64,000 bases of DNA, from the IMG/VR virus record IMGVR_UViG_3300021431_000003, positions 1 through 64,000 of that record; one strand, written 5' to 3'. This DNA is from a virus (lineage: Duplodnaviria > Caudoviricetes). The notes beneath the pieces are model-generated. The model was not told the DNA's origin. It saw only the letters and a program-made list of their open reading frames with translations, and searched no databases. Shown piece after piece: positions 58,824-64,000 of this stretch. Position numbers and translations under genes: made by a program. Each line of letters begins with the position of its first letter. The first letter of the stretch is position 1.

Positions 58824-61800
58824 ATGTCTATTAAGAAGACAACCGAAACTACATCAAGTAAGATTCTTAATTCTGATATCTATGACATAACTCGATTTGT
58901 CGATGATATTAAAAAGAAGAATATAGATGGTGTAGATGGAAGTAAAGAAACTTTGTTGGTAGGAATGTATGGTTATCTTGGATACCAGTTTGCTTCTTTA
59001 TTACAGAATTCTATTGTAACAGCATCTGAATTATCTAATGAGGCTATTCCTACAAGAGCAAAGTTTGATAGAAATGTAATTACACATGCTTTATCTCTTG
59101 GTGTAAAGAAAGTAGCTGCTACTGCTGCTAATATGAAAGTATTACTTATGTTTCCAGAAAGAGCTCTTAGAGCTAATATGATTGATGGTAAGTTTACTTT
59201 CAAAGCTTCTACACCATTAAACTTTGACGAGTTTGAATTTCATACAGATTATGATATTGAGATTAACTATGTAAATCTCACAGATGTTACTAATGGTAGT
59301 CAGAGAAATTATGTATATACTGCTAAGTATATTATGGATAATACTAATCCAATCTCTGATATCGATAATCCTTTCTTACCTCCAATTGCAGTATTCAATT
59401 ATGTGGAAGATAATATGGTTGTATTAGTAACTAATCTACATCAGGTATATTATAGAGAAATCAATGAGAAGATTCTTAGTTCTGATGTAATTGCTAATAA
59501 AACCATTAGCTTTTCATTTGAAAAACAGATGAGTCATTTTATTGTAAAGGTACAAGAACCATCTGATTCAGAAAATGGAGAAGGAAAAGAAGTAACTCTT
59601 ATTCCAGTATATGATGGTTTGTACAATCAAGAGATTGCAAGTCAGAAATATTGTTATTATCAATATATCAATCCTAATACTATACGTATTAGATTTGATC
59701 CTACAAACTATCAACCACCTGCAAACTCGGATATTACAATCGAGTTATATACTACTGATGGTACTGGTGGTAATTTTGAATATAGTGAAGAAAAGACTAT
59801 TAGACTTACATCTGACCAATACACTAATCTATATTGTATTGTAGCTCAGAGAGGAGAAGATGGTTCTTGTGGTGGTTTAGATAGACAGTCTATTGAACAA
59901 TTACAGCATATCATTCCTAAAGAGGCATTATCTAGAGGTAGTATCACAACTCTTACTGATCTTAGAAACTTTTTTAATAGTCTTAATAATGAAAACTCTG
60001 TTCTTCATGTATTTAGAAAAGAAGATAATATCTTAGACCGTGTATATTACGTATACAATCTAATGAAAGATAGCGAACGTAATATAGTACCAACAAATAC
60101 AATTCCAATCTATCTTGAAAATACTAGAATGGATGATGTGAATGGTAAGATTTATCTTGAGTCTGGAACACCAATTTTCTATTATAAGTTTGGTGATGGT
60201 GCAGATATAAGTCTTATTAGAGATAATTATATTGGATATCTAGAACAAAAGATTGCTAATGCAGAAACCAACTATAGTTTCTATAATGGTAATGAATACA
60301 CTACTTATCAAGGTACGCCTACAGAAGCAACACTTGATACATGGTATGAAAACTATAGATATTCGTTTGATGTAAATAAAGATATGGGGGATGATTATAA
60401 ATTATCTGACCCTAAGCCACCAAATTCTTATGATTTCTTTGATAAAGCATCTGTATATTTTAAAATATATTGGTCTGATTCATTAAATTCTATGATTCCA
60501 GATAATTCTAATGGTGTATATGATAAGTGGTATTTCGGTACTTGTAATTCATGTTATCTTAACAGAGCTAGAATTAAATTAGGTAAATCAGAGGGAGCTA
60601 ATATTAGTATTATTGAAATCATGAAAGCTCAAATGAGTAATATTGATATAGATGGTAATTATCTTACAGATTTTGAACTAGAATTTACTGAGAAAAATGG
60701 AAGCTCTACTATAGTAACCCACTATCCGATGAGAACTGAAGATACAGTAAATCCAGCTGATGATAAAGGATGGATTACTGAAGAAACAGGAACTAAAGAA
60801 TTTGATATTGATGGTAATATAATATCTGTATCGTATAAATATCCAGTTTCTGTAAATTCTAATATATCAGGAGTTAATTTCTACAGATGTCATAAAAGAT
60901 TATCTGATGGAACTTTAACTTTTGTAGATGACAAATGTATTTTCCCGTTAAAATTCGTACCATCTTCAAGTCAATCTACATTAAGTGATTCTGATATCTA
61001 TGTATATGCGTGGCTAGTCAATATTTCATTCTATGATGAAAGTAAATCGTTTAGTATTGTATATATGAGAAGCTCAGAATCTGTATCTAGACCATTTATT
61101 GTTCCAGATTATATTACAAATCTTAGTAATATTTCTGAAATTGATAGAAAACAATATATAGAAAGATTCTGGAATGTATTTGCAAATTATATCAATCCAG
61201 GTTCTCATAATATTCACGATTATCTGATTCTAAGTTCTATTAATACAATTGATGTGTATTCGTATGATGGACAACAGAATCATAGTTTTGCAGATTTAAA
61301 TCTTGCTGAAGGAGACTTAATAAGATTTGATACTTATAGAAGTCGTAGTGGTGAAGAAACTGATAAGTTTGTATATACAGACCCATCTACATGGACACTA
61401 GGAGAAGTGTTATCTATAGAAAGAAATAATGGTCGTATTGTAAGTATAGAAGTCTTAGTAAAAGATGAAGAGCTGGGCGATTTCAATACTTATAGATACA
61501 GATTACCTGTACCTGGTGAAACTGATTCTACTCAAAGCAGAATTCCTATTGATAGCTCTTGTATCATTATTCTATCCAAGATTTCTAAGTTCTTATATAC
61601 TACACCATTAAGTATTATCTTAGAAGATGATCCTACTATTAATACACATAGAATTACTGCATCTTATTATCTCGATATTATTGATGAAGTAAGATATCAA
61701 GAGTTTGATTGTATTAATAGTAAATCTCCAATCCAGTTCATCTTATCTTCTATTCATACTTATAGAAGCTCTTATCTATCTGATAATAGATATAAGTATA

Positions 61801-63248
61801 CTATTAGTATTAATATTAAACCTAATACTGGTATTGTAGATGAGAATATGATTAATAGAACACAAGTAATTGGTGTATTCTATAAGAAAGGTACTGATGA
61901 AAATTCTGAAGCACGACCAATTATGTATTCTATTGCTAAATATAAAGGTCTTACTAATTCTTATATTGATGAGAATGGTAATGAAGTAACAGAAGATGTA
62001 ATCGCAGATGAAGATGGTATTCATTATGAGATTACTCTGTTTACTAGACCATTTTCTACATCTGATAAAACTGATATTAGTGATGATAATTACAGAGTTG
62101 ATATTATTGATGATAACAACAATGTATATATTGGTTCTAAGAAGATTGTAGAAGATATAAGAGCGCAATACGGCGGAGATTCTCAAGAAGCGGTTGAAGA
62201 ATTCTTTAAACAATACAAGATGTTTAATGCTGATGCTAATTTACCTAGACCATTAGGTATAGATGATTTACCATCTGACTTTAATCTTGATACATTAAGT
62301 CAAGCATATGTAAATACAATATATCTTAATATCAATACAGAGCTTAAGATATATATTCTATATAAATATGATGCAAACCCAGCCAAGTATACAGATGGTT
62401 TATCTAGAGAATTCCTTGCTGTTAATACAGCCAATGCTGATGCATTATATAACTCTGTATCTCAGAATACCAAGTTTACTCAAACTATTCCAGTAGAACA
62501 AGAAGACCCAGGTTATGTACCAGATTATACTTTAAAGGATATGGTTCTTACTAATGTATATAACACATATCAAGGCATTAATCTTATTCATGACTATTCT
62601 AATATCATGAACTCTTATGTAACTGCGATTAAGACTAATGATATCTTTAATCCAGATCAAAAGGATAGTATCGAATCTTATATTGTAAATAGAGTTCCTT
62701 GTGTTAGATACTTCTATTGGAATACAGAAGAAAGAGTACTTACTTTCTTAAAAGATATGAAGGCTAAGATTAACTATGTTCTTGATGCTATTGCACCATT
62801 AGAGTGTACATTTGGATTAGACTATAAATTCTTCAATACTTATGGTCCTTCTAATATGTATCATCTTACTGATGATGATGGTGATGTAACTGACTTGATT
62901 GATAATGTGGCACTTACTATGACATTTAGAGCTAAATTCTATAATGAAGATAGTGATGCTGCATCTATGCTTGACCCTATTGCAAATACTATCAAGGATT
63001 ATTTAGAGAATCTTGACCAACTTGATGATATTCATTTCCCAAATATTACAACTCTTATTGAGTCTGAATATTCAGAATATCTAATCTACTTTGAGTTTGT
63101 ATCGTTTAATATTTACGATGCTACTACTCAGCATATTATTACAAATGAAAATATGGAAATGTTATCCATGGTACCAGAATTCCTTCATGTAGATACAAAT
63201 GACTGGAATGGTAAGCCATATATTAACATACGCATCGTCACATCTTAA
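58824..63248 (+). CDS. Baseplate wedge protein (T4 gp6/baseplate J-like)
   Basis: NEAIPTRAK..RNV..HA..LG and GG.DRQSIEQL...IP.....R.SITT.TD motifs. Confidence 0.75.
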   Translation: MSIKKTTETTSSKILNSDIYDITRFVDDIKKKNIDGVDGSKETLLVGMYGYLGYQFASLLQNSIVTASELSNEAIPTRAKFDRNVITHALSLGVKKVAATAANMKVLLMFPERALRANMIDGKFTFKASTPLNFDEFEFHTDYDIEINYVNLTDVTNGSQRNYVYTAKYIMDNTNPISDIDNPFLPPIAVFNYVEDNMVVLVTNLHQVYYREINEKILSSDVIANKTISFSFEKQMSHFIVKVQEPSDSENGEGKEVTLIPVYDGLYNQEIASQKYCYYQYINPNTIRIRFDPTNYQPPANSDITIELYTTDGTGGNFEYSEEKTIRLTSDQYTNLYCIVAQRGEDGSCGGLDRQSIEQLQHIIPKEALSRGSITTLTDLRNFFNSLNNENSVLHVFRKEDNILDRVYYVYNLMKDSERNIVPTNTIPIYLENTRMDDVNGKIYLESGTPIFYYKFGDGADISLIRDNYIGYLEQKIANAETNYSFYNGNEYTTYQGTPTEATLDTWYENYRYSFDVNKDMGDDYKLSDPKPPNSYDFFDKASVYFKIYWSDSLNSMIPDNSNGVYDKWYFGTCNSCYLNRARIKLGKSEGANISIIEIMKAQMSNIDIDGNYLTDFELEFTEKNGSSTIVTHYPMRTEDTVNPADDKGWITEETGTKEFDIDGNIISVSYKYPVSVNSNISGVNFYRCHKRLSDGTLTFVDDKCIFPLKFVPSSSQSTLSDSDIYVYAWLVNISFYDESKSFSIVYMRSSESVSRPFIVPDYITNLSNISEIDRKQYIERFWNVFANYINPGSHNIHDYLILSSINTIDVYSYDGQQNHSFADLNLAEGDLIRFDTYRSRSGEETDKFVYTDPSTWTLGEVLSIERNNGRIVSIEVLVKDEELGDFNTYRYRLPVPGETDSTQSRIPIDSSCIIILSKISKFLYTTPLSIILEDDPTINTHRITASYYLDIIDEVRYQEFDCINSKSPIQFILSSIHTYRSSYLSDNRYKYTISINIKPNTGIVDENMINRTQVIGVFYKKGTDENSEARPIMYSIAKYKGLTNSYIDENGNEVTEDVIADEDGIHYEITLFTRPFSTSDKTDISDDNYRVDIIDDNNNVYIGSKKIVEDIRAQYGGDSQEAVEEFFKQYKMFNADANLPRPLGIDDLPSDFNLDTLSQAYVNTIYLNINTELKIYILYKYDANPAKYTDGLSREFLAVNTANADALYNSVSQNTKFTQTIPVEQEDPGYVPDYTLKDMVLTNVYNTYQGINLIHDYSNIMNSYVTAIKTNDIFNPDQKDSIESYIVNRVPCVRYFYWNTEERVLTFLKDMKAKINYVLDAIAPLECTFGLDYKFFNTYGPSNMYHLTDDDGDVTDLIDNVALTMTFRAKFYNEDSDAASMLDPIANTIKDYLENLDQLDDIHFPNITTLIESEYSEYLIYFEFVSFNIYDATTQHIITNENMEMLSMVPEFLHVDTNDWNGKPYINIRIVTS

Positions 63249-63286
63249 ACATACTAGTAAAATAGTAACTCAAAGGAGGTTATATT

Positions 63287-64000
63287 ATGGATTATGAAGA
63301 GATTATGCTCATGAGAGAAAATAGAGTTAAGAAGGATTCTCAAGCTGCTATTCGTGAGCATGTTGAGAGACGTAATACAATTTCTGAAGAAACTGATAGA
63401 AATGCAATTTGGAATAAGATTGCTTCTCTTGGTTCTAAGGATTATGATTATATTGACTTTAAGAAGAAGGTTACAGATGCTTTCCTTGTAGAAGGTCTTA
63501 CTATTCTTGTAGATAACTGTGTAGACCCTATTCTTATTAAGGAAGAATATAATCAGAAGCTTGTTCGTCAGCTTGTATCTGCATTTGTAAACGAGAACGG
63601 TTCTACAAACCTTCTCAATAAGATGAAGAAGACATCTTATCTTATGTCAGAAATGGCATATATTACAGAGTGTACAATTCAGTCTGTTCTTGAGAAAGCT
63701 GATAAGAATAACACGGAGACATTTAAGATTGAGCAGAAAGATAAGGACGAATTTTATAAGAAGCTTAGTAAGGTTGACGTAGACGAATCTATTGATAAGA
63801 TTACTTCTAGAGTCAAGGGACAAGTGAATGAATTCGTTACTAATAACATGGAAGAAAAAGCTCAACTTGGTGAAGCACTTAAGAAGACTGAGAAGAAAGT
63901 TGCTGATACTAAGGAAAAGCTTAAAGAAAAATCTAATGATGAGAGGGCTAAAGACCAGGCTCAGAAGATTGAAGAGGGATACATTGAACTCGGTAAACGT
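63287..64000 (+). CDS. Putative virion protein (runs off the window end)
   Basis: ATG 63287 with aaggagg RBS, late promoter at 63248, frame appears open to the window end (MDYEEIMLMRENR...). Confidence 0.65.
   Translation, partial: MDYEEIMLMRENRVKKDSQAAIREHVERRNTISEETDRNAIWNKIASLGSKDYDYIDFKKKVTDAFLVEGLTILVDNCVDPILIKEEYNQKLVRQLVSAFVNENGSTNLLNKMKKTSYLMSEMAYITECTIQSVLEKADKNNTETFKIEQKDKDEFYKKLSKVDVDESIDKITSRVKGQVNEFVTNNMEEKAQLGEALKKTEKKVADTKEKLKEKSNDERAKDQAQKIEEGYIELGKR

Noticed and set aside
1-64000. Alternative genetic code (stop-codon reassignment) as seen in some gut jumbo phages
   Set aside because: Conserved genes are full length in code 11, coding density is high, and no suppressor tRNA is present.
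1-64000. CRISPR array, introns, inteins, transposases
   Set aside because: No regularly spaced direct repeats were seen; RNAP, ligase and ThyX frames are continuous; no intein or homing-endonuclease motifs were recognised.

Overview
An AT-rich (roughly 30% GC by eye), densely coding segment of a phiKZ/AR9-type jumbo myovirus genome. Strong AAGGAGG ribosome-binding sites (RBSs), the holin type and the Xre gene suggest a Firmicutes host; that is inference. The window encodes two split multisubunit RNA polymerase beta sets: a virion type (27405-32651 + 7393-8115) and a non-virion type (19952-21682 + 13682-15934). Other recognisable genes are a tubulin/PhuZ, a RecA/UvsX-like ATPase, NAD-dependent ligase, SbcC/Rad50, dNMP kinase, ThyX, dCTP deaminase, HU-like and PC4-like DNA binders, a T4-gp21-type prohead protease, four paralogous internal head proteins, baseplate/tail proteins, a holin and five tRNAs. 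Two promoter motifs can be read directly from the sequence: TATAT(T/A)AT-N4-5-GTG (about 9 copies, early-type) and AAC(A/T)-N6-TAA(T/A) (about 26 copies, AR9-late-type). The most novel-looking signals are: (1) short late non-coding transcripts and tRNA trailers carrying antisense seeds, two of which match distant phage 5' UTR/RBS sequences in this window; (2) virion polyproteins in which enzyme cargo domains sit between apparent prohead-protease Glu cleavage sites; (3) two unassigned structured RNAs; (4) an 11-aa repeat tail on the non-virion RNAP. All family assignments come from motif recognition by eye; no database search was run.
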